Shown: piece by piece, positions 25,524 through 39,015 of the stretch
Position numbering within the stretch: position 1 is the stretch's first letter
How the letters are laid out: each line of letters begins with the position of its first letter
NCBI GenBank assembly: GCA_951406725.2
Contig: OX597816.1
Coordinates: forward strand, 65,038,001 to 65,102,000
DNA length: 64,000 nucleotides
Source of the DNA: Octopus vulgaris
Lineage: Eukaryota
Direction of reading: 5' to 3'
The notes under the pieces: model-generated
What the model saw: the letters and a program-made list of their open reading frames with translations, nothing else
Told to the model about the DNA's origin: nothing
Database searches by the model: none
Made by a program: the position numbers and the translations under genes

Positions 25524-26670
25524 GTGGCAGCTTCGTTTTAAATATAGAACTGATTGTAAAACCTATTCATCGCGTATTACGGAACTTGTGGAGCAATAAC
25601 CATAATTTTATTTTATTTTCATTTTCGTTGGGTGCTCTCTGTTTCACCTTTCTCTTCTGAATCGAATTTTACGCATTAAATTCAGAATACGACACCTTCC
25701 GCTTTGGCTCATCATTATTGCTTACATTTGCCTTGTTTATTTATCTTATTTAATTGCTGATATCTGATGGTGTTATCATTTGCTGTGGTTAATAGGTAAT
25801 AAGAGTAAATGCGTGAAATATGGTACTTATTTTAGAGAAAAAAATGAAAAACAATGAAACGTCAATAATATTTAATTCAATGTTGAGATCTCGTTCAACA
25901 TTGTTGTTATTTACTTTCGAATTTCTTCATTATCATTTCATCGATGTGAATACACAATTATCAGAACTATAAATAGCCGTATCTGATGGCAGATGGTTGG
26001 GCCAGCAAAGTAACAAATTTATTATCGTACAATATTCCGTTGCGTCATTTTACATTTTGAGATAATTTAATCCCACCGGATTGTACCTAGCATTTTATCG
26101 AAATTCGGTCGATAAAATACAGATCCAGTCAAGTAATGGGTTAGGGTTTAAAAAACCAAACGTGCACTCACCCAAAATATTCGTGACCTAGACATTGGTT
26201 TCATGACGTAGTCAGAAATCCTTATTATTATTATTATGACTATAAACTCTTATTTGAAAAGTTGAGGGGTGAGATGGTGCTGTCCACGTCCTTGTAAATT
26301 CTTTGAATAGTGGGGAAATAGAGAAAAGATGGCCCGACTGAGTGGGCCTATTCTGCCCTGCAGCCTGTAGGCTGGGGAATAAGGGAGAGGGCGGACCAAT
26401 TGCCATTCTACTTTGGTGAATAGGATGACTTGGGATCTGTGCCGCTCATTTGTATGGAATTGATGGCGTTTCCTCTCCACCAAGGCATTTTGTGTTTAGA
26501 ATGTGCTTCTTCGTAGTTATTATTATTTTTTTTACGCATATATCTGTATATCACGCTGGCTTTTGCTTTTGCTTTATCCTACGTTTTGCAGTCCTTGTGA
26601 CAAGTAAAGATGGTATCATTATTATTAATTCTTTTGATATCGACTAGATAATAAATACATCCCTATCGAT

Positions 26671-26702
<32 letters not shown>

Positions 26703-27169
26703 AATCATCATCATAATCATCATCATAATCAACATCATCATAATCATCATCATCATCATTATTATTACTATTATTATTGTTGTTGTTCTTGTTGTTGTAT
26801 TTGCTGCGGAGTACATCGGACGTGCTTTTGAACGCTTCAAGTAAGTCCTTTTCAAAATATTTGTATATACCCGAGTCTTCCAGATCATATCTAGATAGTG
26901 TAGTTTGTAGGCCTGTAGATAGAAGTAGCATAGGTTGTCCACGTTTCAAAGTCGTCAGCTACACAGACCATAAATTTGTGATCTGTACGATCGACGTAGA
27001 CAGGATCTATAGGTAGGGCTCCAGATACTAGAAGCTGAACACGTCCTTCTCGGCGAGCCAAGCTTTCAGAGACCGAGTTGGTAAGTTAGTTGATCGAGAG
27101 TTGGCGGGTGCGATCGTCACTAACGATTCAGCGTCCTTCCTGTGCTCCTTATCTTTGCTCCCGGTTTCA

Positions 27170-27830
27170 CTCTAAAAACTTTGACTTTCAAGTTTATCTG
27201 GTATCAACTTTATATCTGTACACTCTTTGTAAAATCTCTTCTGATCTACTCGGAATAACTTATTCTTAGCTTTATCGTCTTCTTCAAAACCATCTATATA
27301 TCTCTCATTTATCAAGCTATCACTATTCCTTTCCCGTAGTTTATTAAAGATTTCAGCCCTGTTTTCTGCTATGAGATTACTTTTTATAATTGGGAACTGT
27401 ATTTTCATTATTTCCTCTGCTGCTGTTTTCCAATACCCGTCTTTTAATAGCTTCGAGCTCTACTTCTGTGAACCAATGACTTTTTCTTATTGCTCTAGCT
27501 TGATTACATACATAATTTCTGTTCCGTGAATTGAAACAATCCTCTTTCTCCCCATTATTTATGGATACCTTGTCGGTAATCACTAATATAAACACCATTT
27601 TTGTCTACAGCGTGGCTCTGACAGTAACACTCCATGAAAACAGCATTCATTTCTTTGTTCCATCTGCTCCATGTGCGCTGGCTTCTTCCCGGATAACGAC
27701 AGGCTAGAGTCTGACCAGTGTCCCCGAGCCTGCCGGGTGCAACACTGTCATCAATAAGGGCTTCAGTTTCATTACCACCGTTATTCACAATTGCTTGTTT
27801 TTCATTGTCACTCATCCGCGGTAGCGCTTA
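27170..27830 (-). pseudogene. R4/Dong-type LINE ORF N-terminal region
   Basis: RWNKEMNAVFMECYCQS...YRQGIHK*WGERGLFQFTEQKLCNQARAIRKSHWFTEVELEAIK, then NKLFRVDQKRFYKE. Confidence 0.75.
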
Positions 27831-28081
27831 TCAGTTTGCGCAATTACCAGTGTTTTTATTGCGACACCATCACTAGATGTATCATCAATCAAGACATGGG
27901 GGAGATTCCATCTGCTTCTTTCATTATTATTATTATCATCACTGATATAATTTTCATTTTTTTACTATTTGTCATTGTTAATATTTCCTCTGATCTGACA
28001 TGAGCTTTGGCTAAATTATTATTATTATTATTATTATTGTTATTATTATTATTATTATTATTATCATCATCTTTGCATAGC

Positions 28082-28190
28082 ATCTAACGTTGTAGATGTA
28101 CTACGGTACCAGTTGTTCACAACCAGTGAACTAAGGTAACACCCCTAGTCTTTCGAGCACCATCCGGAGTATTCGAGTGGTTCCACGCAG
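28082..28190 (-). mobile_element. R4/Dong-type LINE 3' tip between (TTA)n tracts
   Basis: Minus strand LRGTTRILRMVLE (cf. LLGTA.ILR). Confidence 0.6.
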
Positions 28191-28781
28191 TATTATTATT
28201 ATTATTATTGTTGTTGTTGTTGCTGTTATTATTTCCATCTAATATTAAAAGGTATTATTAAATATTGTTTAGTTTCAACTTTTGTCTTGTACTTGAGATA
28301 ATCATAAATATGTGAGGATTGAAGCGAACAGGAGAAAGGGAAGAAGCTTGGTGAATAGACCAAATTCTACAAGTCTGTAAATAGATTCGGTAGACGGTGA
28401 CGTGATCAGCAATAGACATTCCTGTGTGATAATCAGACAAAATCAGACAAAAACCATTGGGATCAGAAGAGGTCAAATATGTTTACTACTATTAGCGATC
28501 AATGAGAGCGCTGACCTTGGCCTTGAAAAGAACCAATTCACCTTGTTCCATTTTTAATTACTGGTACAAAAAATAATACCATATATATATATATATATAT
28601 ATACTGATGTTCATCGTTGAATTTTTGAATTTCTGAATTTTTTTATTTCCCTTTTCTTTTTATAAATTTTGCAGTGGTGTACAGTTTTTGGAATTGTGCA
28701 GTTTGTATAAATTGGAAGGTGCTTATTTTCTAATTTTTTTCTGTTTGTTTTATATCGTGCATTTTATTGTGTTGTAAACCC

Positions 28782-29140
28782 ATGTTTACATATTCGGATA
28801 GTCAGGGAGAAAAGAAAGGTAAAACTTTCACACAGAATTGTAAATATTAAAGTTTTGAAATTATCTAGAGATGCACGGTTGTATGTCTTTGCAATTAAAA
28901 GGATGTCTACACTGTCGAATATTCAGGACGAAAGGAAATAAAAGAAAATGAGTGTAAACTTTTCAAACAAAAATGTAGATATTAAGGTTTTGAAATTTAC
29001 TGACGATGACCGTTTGTATGTCCGAAAGAGAAAACTGTAGTGCTCTTATGATAAAAAGGATGTTTACATTTCGAATACTCAGGGAGAAAGGAAAGAATAG
29101 GTATTGACAGAAGTTGCCAATTAAAGGTTTTAAAGCTAAT
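28782..29140 (+). repeat. diverged tandem repeat, ~2.5 units of 130-150 bp
   Basis: ATGT.TACA..TCG.ATA.TCAGG..GAAA.GAAA recurs at ~28783, 28913 and 29060. Confidence 0.75.
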
Positions 29141-29334
29141 CGATTCTGTGTTCGAAGATGTAGATATGTAAGTTTCTTAACTTATTATGAGGGAAATTTA
29201 AAATACAGTATATTCCAATCTTTGAGAGTTAATTTTTCAGTTGGCCTGCTGGGTTATGTTAGTGTTTCTGTGCCTTCGGCTACTGACTGGTCAGAGAAAC
29301 GAAGAACACGACCAGCCGCTGTAAACAGCGATGC

Positions 29335-29396
<62 letters not shown>

Positions 29397-29401
29397 ATTA
29401 T

Positions 29402-29897
29402 TGAGTGAAATAGCAGTGCATGCCATCAAAGTGACACTGGGGTAAAATTTATGAAGCCCAGTATACCCGTCATGACTACACGCCTGATAAGGGTACACTA
29501 GGCACATGCATCACAACCATATGTGCGCGACATGGTGATCTCATATCAAGATAAACAACACATGACCTTGCGGGTGGGGCCCAGTTAGAGTTTTCTACTG
29601 GTCGAGTAGCCCATCTCGCTCAAAAGGTCCCTGAATAAGGGTTGTTTTAGGATGTTGAACGAAACTCTCATGATTCCAGAGGTGAATTATTCAAACCCCA
29701 AAGAACCCCTGTGATCAGAGATGCACATATCGTCAGCGACTAAGGGACATGGTCAACTGGTTATGGTCAAACAACTGATGAGCAAATCTGTGGTATTGAG
29801 CAGAATATTTGCTGTAGCCTATCTTTTATACCAAGACAAAACAATGTACATGATAACATTTCCAATCAGTTAAGATTCTAAGCCACTTCCTGGTACT
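29402..29897 (-). mobile_element. 3' terminal segment of R4/Dong-type LINE flanked by (TTA)n
   Basis: High identity to 20308-20670. (TTA)n on both sides. Confidence 0.75.
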
Positions 29898-29934
29898 TAT
29901 TATTATTACTATTATTGTTATTATTATTATTATA

Positions 29935-29969
<35 letters not shown>

Positions 29970-29974
<5 letters not shown>

Positions 29975-30716
29975 TATGTTTGACTTTTGCTTTATGTCTG
30001 TACAAGTTGGCTCCAAGTCTCACCCAGAGACCTCAAGAGACAACAGGTTGGAAGTTCACGTTGTTGTTATGCCTAGTGTGGTGGGTTTTTTTTTTGGTTT
30101 TTTTTTGTGTTGTACTAGTGAATGTCTAATACATAAATTTTTTTTTAAAAGTTTGTTTAAACCTTGGGATTACATAGAGAGTATTTTGCGTAGGATATGA
30201 GCAGTTCCCATGAGCACTATCTTTTGAATTTCTGCCATTTTGAGGTTTCCTGGTATCTGAGTTAGGTAGCAATCAGCCCCTTTCGCTATCATTCCCAAGG
30301 CACCTATGACAACAGGTATTGTTTTAGTCTTCAGGTTCCACATTTTGCTGATTTCTATTTCAAGATCTTTATATTTGCTCAGTTTTTGGTAGGTCTTGAC
30401 AGATACGTTTATATCGATTGGGACAGTCATATCAATGAGGAGGCATGTTCTTTATCTGAAGTATTTCAATATGATGTCTGGCCTATTTGCATCTATCTTT
30501 CTGTCAATTTGAATGGTGAAGTTCCAGAGGAGTGAGATGTGGTCATTTTCAAGCACTGGAGGTGGATTGTGTTCCCACCAGTTTTTTTCATGGGGCAAAT
30601 CCAGGTTTTTGCAAATTACCCAGTGAATATATTGTGCAGCTCTATCATGCCTGTTGAGGTACTCTGTAGGCGCTAGAAGACTGCATTTGGAGGCAACATG
30701 ATCAATGGTTTCATTT
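29970..30716 (-). mobile_element. R4/Dong-type LINE C-terminus (CCHC knuckle end + PD-(D/E)xK REL endonuclease) and 3' UTR
   Basis: ETIDHVASKCSLLAPTEYLNRHD, LLWNFTIQIDRKIDANRPDII, LIDMTVP.D.NVSVKTYQKLSKYKDL, IPVVIGALG, LMGTAHILRKILSM*. Flanked by (TTA)n. Confidence 0.9.
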
Positions 30717-30719
30717 TTA

Positions 30720-30778
<59 letters not shown>

Positions 30779-31119
30779 TCTTAAAATTCCTTCGGGGCTG
30801 CTAGGCAGAATGGTTTTTTTTTTTTTTGCGAGTACTATGGTTGGCAGGTGTTGCTACGTTTCAAGTCGCTGGTTTGTTTGTTTCTTGTCGTTTCTATAGT
30901 TACTGTTAATGTTGCTGAGCTTGTTATTGCTGAAATGTACAGTGTTGCTAATGCTAATTTGTTTTTCTTTTTAATTGACTTTATTTAGATTTTAATGGTT
31001 AAAATTTTTAATGTTTTAAGCAATATTTCTTTAAAAATTAATTTGTGTAACAGAAAAAACTCATAGAAATATAGTAAATATGACTAATGCAATTAAATTA
31101 ACGAATTCAATAGAGATGA

Positions 31120-31311
31120 AAATTAACAACAGGAACAATAACAACAACTATTATTATTATCATCATCATCATTATCATCATCATCATCATTAGTATTATT
31201 ATTATTACTATTGTCATCATTATTTTAAGCACTAGAAAAATATGAATTAATAGTAATGCTGATAACAGCAACAGCATTAACAACAACAGAAATAATAATA
31301 ATAATAATAAC

Positions 31312-31351
<40 letters not shown>

Positions 31352-31590
31352 GGCACACAGAGCTGCGCTCGGTAGTGAAGTGAAAGCACGCTATAAAAAT
31401 AAAACTACTGAATAATAATAATAATAATAAAAATAATAACAATAATAATAATAATAACATTAACAATAATAATAATATCATTAATAATAGTAACATTAAC
31501 AACAATATTAACTATAATAATCATAGCATTAAACATAATAATAATAATAGTAATAATAATAATAATAATAACAACAACAACAACAACAAC

Positions 31591-31632
<42 letters not shown>

Positions 31633-32248
31633 TTTGTTTTACTGTTTCTGAACCTTTCTTTTTAACATTTGCCGTTCATTAATGAAGACAAAAACGTAAT
31701 AAAAGAAAAAAAAAATAAATATTCTAAGGTCTATTGATAGACGAAATCTAAATGAAGCGGGTCAAATATAATTTTACTTCAGTAATTTCTTCATCGTTTT
31801 AGATATTAACAATATACCAAAGAACAAAAAATTAATTTTGAAAAAAAAACAACTATATATAAAATACAAAAAGCAGAGGAAATATGATTTGATAAAGGTC
31901 TATTGAATTTCCTAAATGACTTCTTTTTATTTTTCATAGTTAATTGATTTTCATAAATTCCTTTATGTATCACTTCTATATTTTAAAATTTTATTTCCAA
32001 TTTTCCTTTACTTCCTTCAGTCAATTTTATTGATTTATTGTTAAAGTTATTATTATTAGTATTATTATTATTATTACTATTATTATTATTAATATTTATA
32101 TTATTATTATTATGATGATTATTATTGTTGTTGTTGTTGTTATAATTATTATTATTATTATTATGATTATCATCATCATCAGTATCATCATTCATATTCT
32201 TATTATTTGTTACCCTCATCCTTCGTCTTTGTGGCAAATAAATGAAAG

Positions 32249-32293
<45 letters not shown>

Positions 32294-32310
32294 TATTATT
32301 ATTATTACTG
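31120..32310. repeat. (TAA)n/(CAA)n/(CAT)n microsatellite field with a 60-bp element tip at 31351-31410
   Basis: Direct reading. AGGCACACAGAGCTGCGCTCGGTAGTGAAGTGAAAGCACG is embedded between (TAA)n runs. Confidence 0.85.
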
Positions 32311-32639
32311 TGCTTTTTTTTAAATAATTTCGATCAATGCATTTTTGCATATATGCAAAAATGTTGCAGCATATTTATGTATTTTGTGTTTCGCATGAAT
32401 TATTGATATTATATCTAGTTTTTAATTTTATCATTGCTTGTTTTTCAAAAGTGTTTTTCATATATTTTTTTTATATAATATTTATTTGTCATTTCGCGGT
32501 GTCTGAATGGAAAGATTGGTGGAGCTACTGAAGCTGCTGTTTTGCTATAGCTGCATACGTATGCAATGTATATATATATTCATATATATATATAAATGTG
32601 TGCGCGCATAATTATGTATACACACGTGCATCCACACTT

Positions 32640-32697
<58 letters not shown>

Positions 32698-32702
<5 letters not shown>

Positions 32703-32890
32703 ATCCAAACATGAAAACACAAAGAGAAAACACAACACGAGGACGTGGAACAAGTATAGTATTATTGGACGCTCAGGAAAGAAGGAAAGAAGGAGGGTTT
32801 AACGTTTCGAACGGAGCTCTTCGTCAGAAACATAGGAAAAGGAAAGATCCAAAGAAGGGAAGACGGAGGAAAAAAATCGCCAACGCGGTC
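32698..32890 (-). mobile_element. family P2 Penelope-like short element
   Basis: Near-identical to 13166-13375. (TA)n at the 3' end. Confidence 0.8.
32797..32831 (-). ncRNA. minimal type I hammerhead ribozyme motif (P2)
   Basis: Minus strand: GTTT-CTGACGA-A-GAGC-TCC-GTTC-GAAA-CG-TT-AAAC. Stem I GTTT/AAAC, palindromic AACGTT stem III. Confidence 0.75.
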
Positions 32891-33392
32891 GCATTTTGAA
32901 ATATGTATATGTTAGTGTATGTATGTATGTGTATATATATATGCAAATGTGTGTGTGTATGTATGTGTTTTTGCGTGTGTGTATGCGTAAGTCCTTCTTG
33001 AGAGACTTCAAGCCGGTTGCTAAGAAATCGACAAGACTTGAGTGAGAGACTTCCCTGTGTTTTGGAATATGTGGTTGAGTTAGTGTACTTGAACTGTCGA
33101 TGCATCCTTCCAAATATGGACATCTATTCACATAAGAATCTCAGAGTGAGAATTTTTGAAACGTCTTCCTAATATGCACTGTGCCACTTATATATGGGAT
33201 TTGGAGTCTTCGCTCAGATTTGCTCTTGTATGTATGTATGTATGTATGTATGTATTATGTGTGTATGTATGTATTATGTATGTATGTATGTATGTATGTA
33301 TGTATGTATGTATGTATGTATGTATGTATGTATTATGTATGTATGTATTATGTATGTATGTAGGTATGTGTGTGTATGTATGTATGTATGTA

Positions 33393-34390
33393 TCAGGTCA
33401 TCCCATAAGTTCTGTCCGAATTTTAAATGAAGAAAACAAGTGATCAAATGTTATTTTAATGGAAATTTAATCATCGATGTTCTTTCCCTGATTATCTATG
33501 ACTTCCCTCAATCTATTTACAAGTTTTTTAATCCCATTAACTTAAAACTCTTTTGGTTTCAAAGCGAAGAACTCTGAAATGTCAGTTTCGACCTCCTCCT
33601 GGCTTGCGAAAGTTATGTCCCCCAAATTATTCTGTAAGCTAGGAAACAAATGGTAATCTCACGGAGCAAGGTCGGGAGAATAAGGTGGATGAGTATTTTT
33701 TTCCCAACCAAGCTCTTCTATTTTCTGTGATCGCGCATTGTCCTGATGAAACATCACTCCTTTTCGATTCACTAAAGCGAGTATTTTTCTTCAAAGCTTG
33801 GTTCAAAAGCTCTAATTGCTGACAGTAGACTTGAGCATTGATTGTTGCATTAGGTGGTAACAATTCAAAGTGAATTACTCCTTTGCAATCCCACCAGATT
33901 GAGAGAAGAACCTTTTTCCCATGAAGTTCCCTTCTTGGTTGTGTTTGAGCATTTTCCCTTTTACCAATCCACTGTTTACGACGTTTAACACTTAAATAGA
34001 AGATCCATTTTTCGTCAGCAGTCACAAGTCTATCCAAAAAGGGTGAAATGAATTCGCGAAAATGGAGAGAAGAGCAGATATCAACACGGGATTTGCGGTT
34101 GCTTTCGAACAATTCATGAGGCACCCATTTTCCAAGTTTAGGAACCTTTCCAAGTTGTTGAAGATAACGATGAATAGTTGTATGGTTTGAACTAAGCTTT
34201 ATTGCCAATTCTTCAACTGATAATGCAGGATTTTCTTCAAGTAATGCCTCAAGGAGCTTATCAGCAAACTCAACTTGACGTCCTGTTCGATCTTCATCTT
34301 CAAGACTGAAATCTCCACTTCTGAATTTTGCAAACCATCTTCTGCACGTTCTGTCATTCATGCACTCTTTCCCATAAACTGAGTATATGT
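33393..34390 (-). mobile_element. mariner (DD34D) transposon, 5'-truncated; transposase pseudogene at ~33470-34385
   Basis: WFAKFRSGDFSLEDEDRTGR, WVPHEL, LVTADEKWIFY, KVLLSIWWDCKG; after frameshifts HQDNA and PPYSPDLAP*DYHLF. TA + TIR TCAGGTCATCCCATAAGTTCTGTCCGA at 33391. Confidence 0.92.
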
Positions 34391-34511
34391 TTCTTTGTAA
34401 GTCTAGTACTTATTCTATCGGTCTCTTTTGCCGAACCGGTAAGTGATGGGGACGTAAACACACCAGCATCGGTTGTCAAGCGATGTTGGTGGGACAAACA
34501 CAGACACACAA

Positions 34512-34598
<87 letters not shown>

Positions 34599-34764
34599 TA
34601 CGACGGGCTTCTTTCAGTTTCCGTCTACAAAATCCACTCACAAGGCATTGGTCAACCCGAGGCTATAGTAGAAGACACTTGCCGAAGTTGCCACGTAGTG
34701 GGACTGAACCCGGAACCAAGTGGTTTGAAAGCAAGCTACTTGTCACACAGCCACTCATACGCCT
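34390..34764 (-). mobile_element. SINE family S3 (tRNA head + internal TA/TG microsatellite)
   Basis: Minus-strand head AGGCGTATGAGTGGCTGTGTG...GGTTCAGTCCCAC, then CTTGTGAGTGGATTT.GTAGACGGAAACTGAAAGAAGCCCGTCG, microsatellite and tail. Confidence 0.88.
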
Positions 34765-35648
34765 ATAGTATGTGATGTCTATAAGAGTTTCTTACGATAT
34801 AATGGAATATGTAAAACCTACGTTTTATATTTGTGACACTTTTAAACGCCGGCTCTGAATTTTTTATTCTTCGTTTTCACTGTACAAAAGCTAAACTCTC
34901 TCTTAGAGTGTTTACTTTATATGGTATTCCTCTGTAATTGTGTAATTATTCCGAACAATATGCTGTGTCGAAATTAATTAGATTATTGGGTACTCTCGTA
35001 AAACAACGAAATGTTTTCAATGCATTGGAACACCTGGCCTATTTGAATGTAATTCTATATCATATTGATACAAGTATTTCCAATAGACATAGGATAGTAA
35101 ACCAATCCAAAACACTGAATGAATTAAATTTATCGATTTTATACAATGAAATGGAATTATCGATATACGGTGATACGATATTCGCGAATCGTATGAAGTT
35201 TCTGATACGTATCGAAAATTATCATGTTAGGTTTTGATCATATTCTCAACTTTAGAACTATCAATGATGCTTACTCTTCGGTTTGGGGGTGGGGAGATTT
35301 GGTGCTGAGGTTAATCGATTATCGGCTTCCAAACTGGTCTCTCATAACTCTTAAAGTGTAAGAAATCTCAAAATCTGTCGCCAGCAAAGTGATTGCAGTT
35401 AGATATTCAAATTACCAAGAACACCTTTAAACACACGAGCACCAATATTTTCATATAACATATCTCTTTATTCATATGTATATGTGTGTGCATAGATACA
35501 TACTTACGTAGATACTTACAGACATAATTATATGCATGCTTGTATACATACATATATACATACATACATACATATATACATACATGCATGCATACATACA
35601 TACATACATACATACATACATACATACATACATACATACATACATAGG

Positions 35649-35893
35649 AGAACTCCGTCGGTTACGACGACGAGGGTCCCAGCTGATACGATCAACAGAA
35701 CATCTCGCTCGTGAAATTAACGTGCAAGTGGCTGAGCATTCCACAGACACGTGTACCCTTAGCGTAGTTCGCAAGGAGATTCAGCGTGACACAGAGTGTG
35801 ACAAAGCTGGCCCTTTTTTGAAATACAGGTACTACTCACTTTTGCCAGCTGAGTGGACTGGAGCAACGTGAAATAAAGTGTCTTGCTCAAGGA
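35649..35893 (-). mobile_element. SINE family S2, headless
   Basis: ACTCCGTCGGTTACGACGA...GTGAAATTAACGTGCAAGTGGCTGAGCA, as in 39890-40259. Confidence 0.85.
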
Positions 35894-35999
35894 CATATAT
35901 ACATACATACATACATACATACATACATACATACATACATGCATACGTACATACATACATACATACATACATACATACATACATACATACATACATACA

Positions 36000-36030
<31 letters not shown>

Positions 36031-36168
36031 TTGTACAATTGTGGAAATCCGTTCCCTAGTGGATGTCAACATAAAGCTAAAGATATTAACGAAAAAGAAA
36101 ATACCTACGCCAAACTATTGAGAAATTTGCAGGTACTCTATCCAAATTATAAGTTTGGGTTTATACCT
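36031..36168 (+). pseudogene. R2/R4-type REL endonuclease fragment
   Basis: CTIVEI..L.DVNIKLKI / EKENTYAKLLRNLQVLYPNYKFGFIP. Confidence 0.6.
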
Positions 36169-36399
36169 AAACCTAACCTGACCACACAACATGATTCTCT
36201 GCATTACATGTTATCAGTAGCAATAAGAGGAGAGGGACCATACACACCTGTCTCCACACCCAAATACACACACACAAAATACTATACGCTGATACCTTCC
36301 TTTAACTTATATCAATACATGGACATATTCTCATGCATGGATACACGACCTGTCTCATCTCTCTTTCCTAACAACCGAAGCGAAGCCCATTCCCCGCTG

Positions 36400-36625
36400 T
36401 CCCTAACACCTTGTTTTTTTTTATTTTTTCTCGTACAACAAGCTACTTTTATTTATTTTTCTCCTTTATTATTTCTTCTTTATCTTTTTCCTGATGAAGT
36501 ACTTGCGTTCCAAACTCCTAGAATCTTCCTCCACTTTTAATGTATTAAACTAATGCGTTTGTTAAAACATATTCCTACCATGTTGTCTTTTATTTGTGTT
36601 CTTTGCTTTCATGAGACCGTTAATA
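36400..36625 (+). mobile_element. decayed P2-like element with HHR remnant at ~36491-36515
   Basis: CTGATGA-AGTAC-TTGC-GTTC-CAAAC (GAAA mutated), followed by a P2-like tail. Confidence 0.45.
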
Positions 36626-36673
36626 TATTTGTTCTATCAATCTATCTATTTATTTATGTATGTATCTATCTAG

Positions 36674-36778
<105 letters not shown>

Positions 36779-36842
36779 TATATACAAAAGTTAGGGATAA
36801 AATTCGACAGGAATAAATTTAGAAATGAAAAACATTTACCAT

Positions 36843-36933
36843 CTAGGTTCCTGGACCAATTGGTTTCTGATCTTATTTTAGCGAGTCAAGGAGAACTCAC
36901 TAGGTTTGATCTTCCTCAGCAGTTCCAACCTAG
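36843..36933 (-). ncRNA. type I hammerhead ribozyme with extended stem II
   Basis: Minus strand: CTAGGTT-GGAA-CTG-CTGAGGA-A-GATC-[hairpin TAGTGAGTT/GACTCGCTA]-GATC-A-GAAA-CCAATTGG-TC-CAG-G-AACCTAG. GUC cleavage triplet; palindromic stem III ACCAATTGGT. Confidence 0.8.
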
Positions 36934-37149
36934 GGTTAAACGTATACACACGGGGACAATCAAAACTACTTGTCTCGTGTTTATACGTTCTAACATTTTC
37001 AAAATTTATTGCGCAGATGCAGTCCTTTGCTGGCCATAATAAATACTTGTTTAAATATACACTATATTGTATGACTAATATATAGTCTTTTTGACTAAAT
37101 TTTTTTACACGTTAGACCACTGGAAATATAAATTTTAATTAATTTCCCA

Positions 37150-39015
37150 TTAGAAAAAAACACCCTTTATCAATTCAATAATGAAAAAAATAAATTATAC
37201 CATTTAGAAAAATTACACCTTGAAAGATAAAACATATACTAATGATTAAGCAATGTGCAAAATAATGAATAAAACGTATATACTTGGTAGAATAACTACA
37301 CATGTTTCGTGGCTCTATTTAAGAAATGATAATAGTAAAATCATTTCAATATAAATATAGTCACTCTTCAGGTTAAAGATAAAAACAATAAAATAATTAA
37401 TTAGATAAATTAATAAATATATGTATATAATCTTGTAAAATATGAAATATCTTAACAAGTATATTCTTATTTAAATAAAAAATAGAATAAAATGGTATAA
37501 ATATTTATTATATCTACAAAAAGTAAAATTTTGACATATACAAGAAATAATAAACTATATAATTATTATTAGGAAATAAAATACAATTAATTAAAATATT
37601 TAAAACATGTATATATATATATATATATAAAATACAAAATATACATTAAGTGAAAGAAATTAAATACTATAATTTAATCTATATACATTAAAATAAATTA
37701 TTAATTATTTTATTTATTTAATAAACATCTAAATAAAATCTTATACTCATTAAAGTAATTTATATTAAAATCTTAATGTTAAGTAATATACATAATGCTA
37801 GTACAAGCTATAAATATTAGAATTAAAATTAGGAAAGCGGTTCAAATATATACACACCTATTATATAAACTAACTATATTGATATATATGTAGTATCTAT
37901 AGATTTAAAATTTTACTGAATTATATAGTTGACCAAAATATCAATTAACATTAAACTTATTTACTCAAATGTAATACTACGTAATAAATATACCACCTAA
38001 CTATTAAATAATATGTCTTACAAAACTATTTCTCAAATTAAATTATATGTAATACGTTAAATCACATTATAAAAATAATAATAAACATAATAAACTAAAT
38101 ATATATACATATCATAACTCATAATTATCAATAAATTATATATAAATTAATATTTTAACAACAATAATAATAATAATCAAACATGATACAATTCAAAAGT
38201 TAAATAATATTATTAAATAAAAAACGTTACTTAGCTTGTTGACGAATATTATATAACTGAATTTTAAATGTAAAAATGTAGGTCTTAGCGTTTATAAAAA
38301 TTAAATTCATGAAGACGTTATGTAAAAATAGAATAAAATTATCAATGAAAATGATGAAAAATATTTATTAATGAAAAAGACAAAAAATATTTAGCTTCAA
38401 GAATTAAAAATAGAATAACAAAAGAACTATAAATGACTATTTACTATAAATTAAATACCAAATAATTATTACATAAAATATAAATCATATCTACAAGAAA
38501 TAAATAACATAAAAAGAAATAAGGTTTTATATATACAAAAAAATTAGCTAAATGTACCATATAGGTAAATAAATTTATGTTAGTATTTAATTTTAAATGA
38601 CTATTTACTAAAGTCCAAATAATTAATAAATAAAATATATAAATTAATTTATATTACTATAATTAATATATCTTAATAAATATATATAATCATTTATTTA
38701 TTAGCTAAACCTATTATATAGGTAATTTAATTTGCTTACATTTAATTTTTATGTTCCTCTAATAGATAATTTTCCAACACATAATTGTTATTAAATGATA
38801 TTTTTTTTAATTCATTATTACACAATGAACAATAATTACTCCCTATACAATATGATTTTTAGCCCTACAAATAATCTCATTGTGTAATAATGAATTTTGC
38901 ACGTGCACTAATCATTGGTATATGTTTATCTTATATTTAATCTTTCTATAAGATGTAATTTTTCTAAATGGTATAACTTAATTTTTTCATTATTGAATTG
39001 ATAAAGGTTTTTTTC

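Noticed and set aside
26138-26150. GGGTTAGGGTTT telomere-like motif
   Set aside because: Only about two units, within a decayed SINE; expected by chance.
28782-29140. CRISPR-like repeat-spacer array
   Set aside because: Units are homologous along their whole length with no unique spacers, the context is eukaryotic, and there are no cas genes.
33639-34361. 240-aa ORF as a host SETMAR-like gene
   Set aside because: No SET domain, frameshifted before the last catalytic motifs, and bounded by a TIR; it is a mariner pseudogene.
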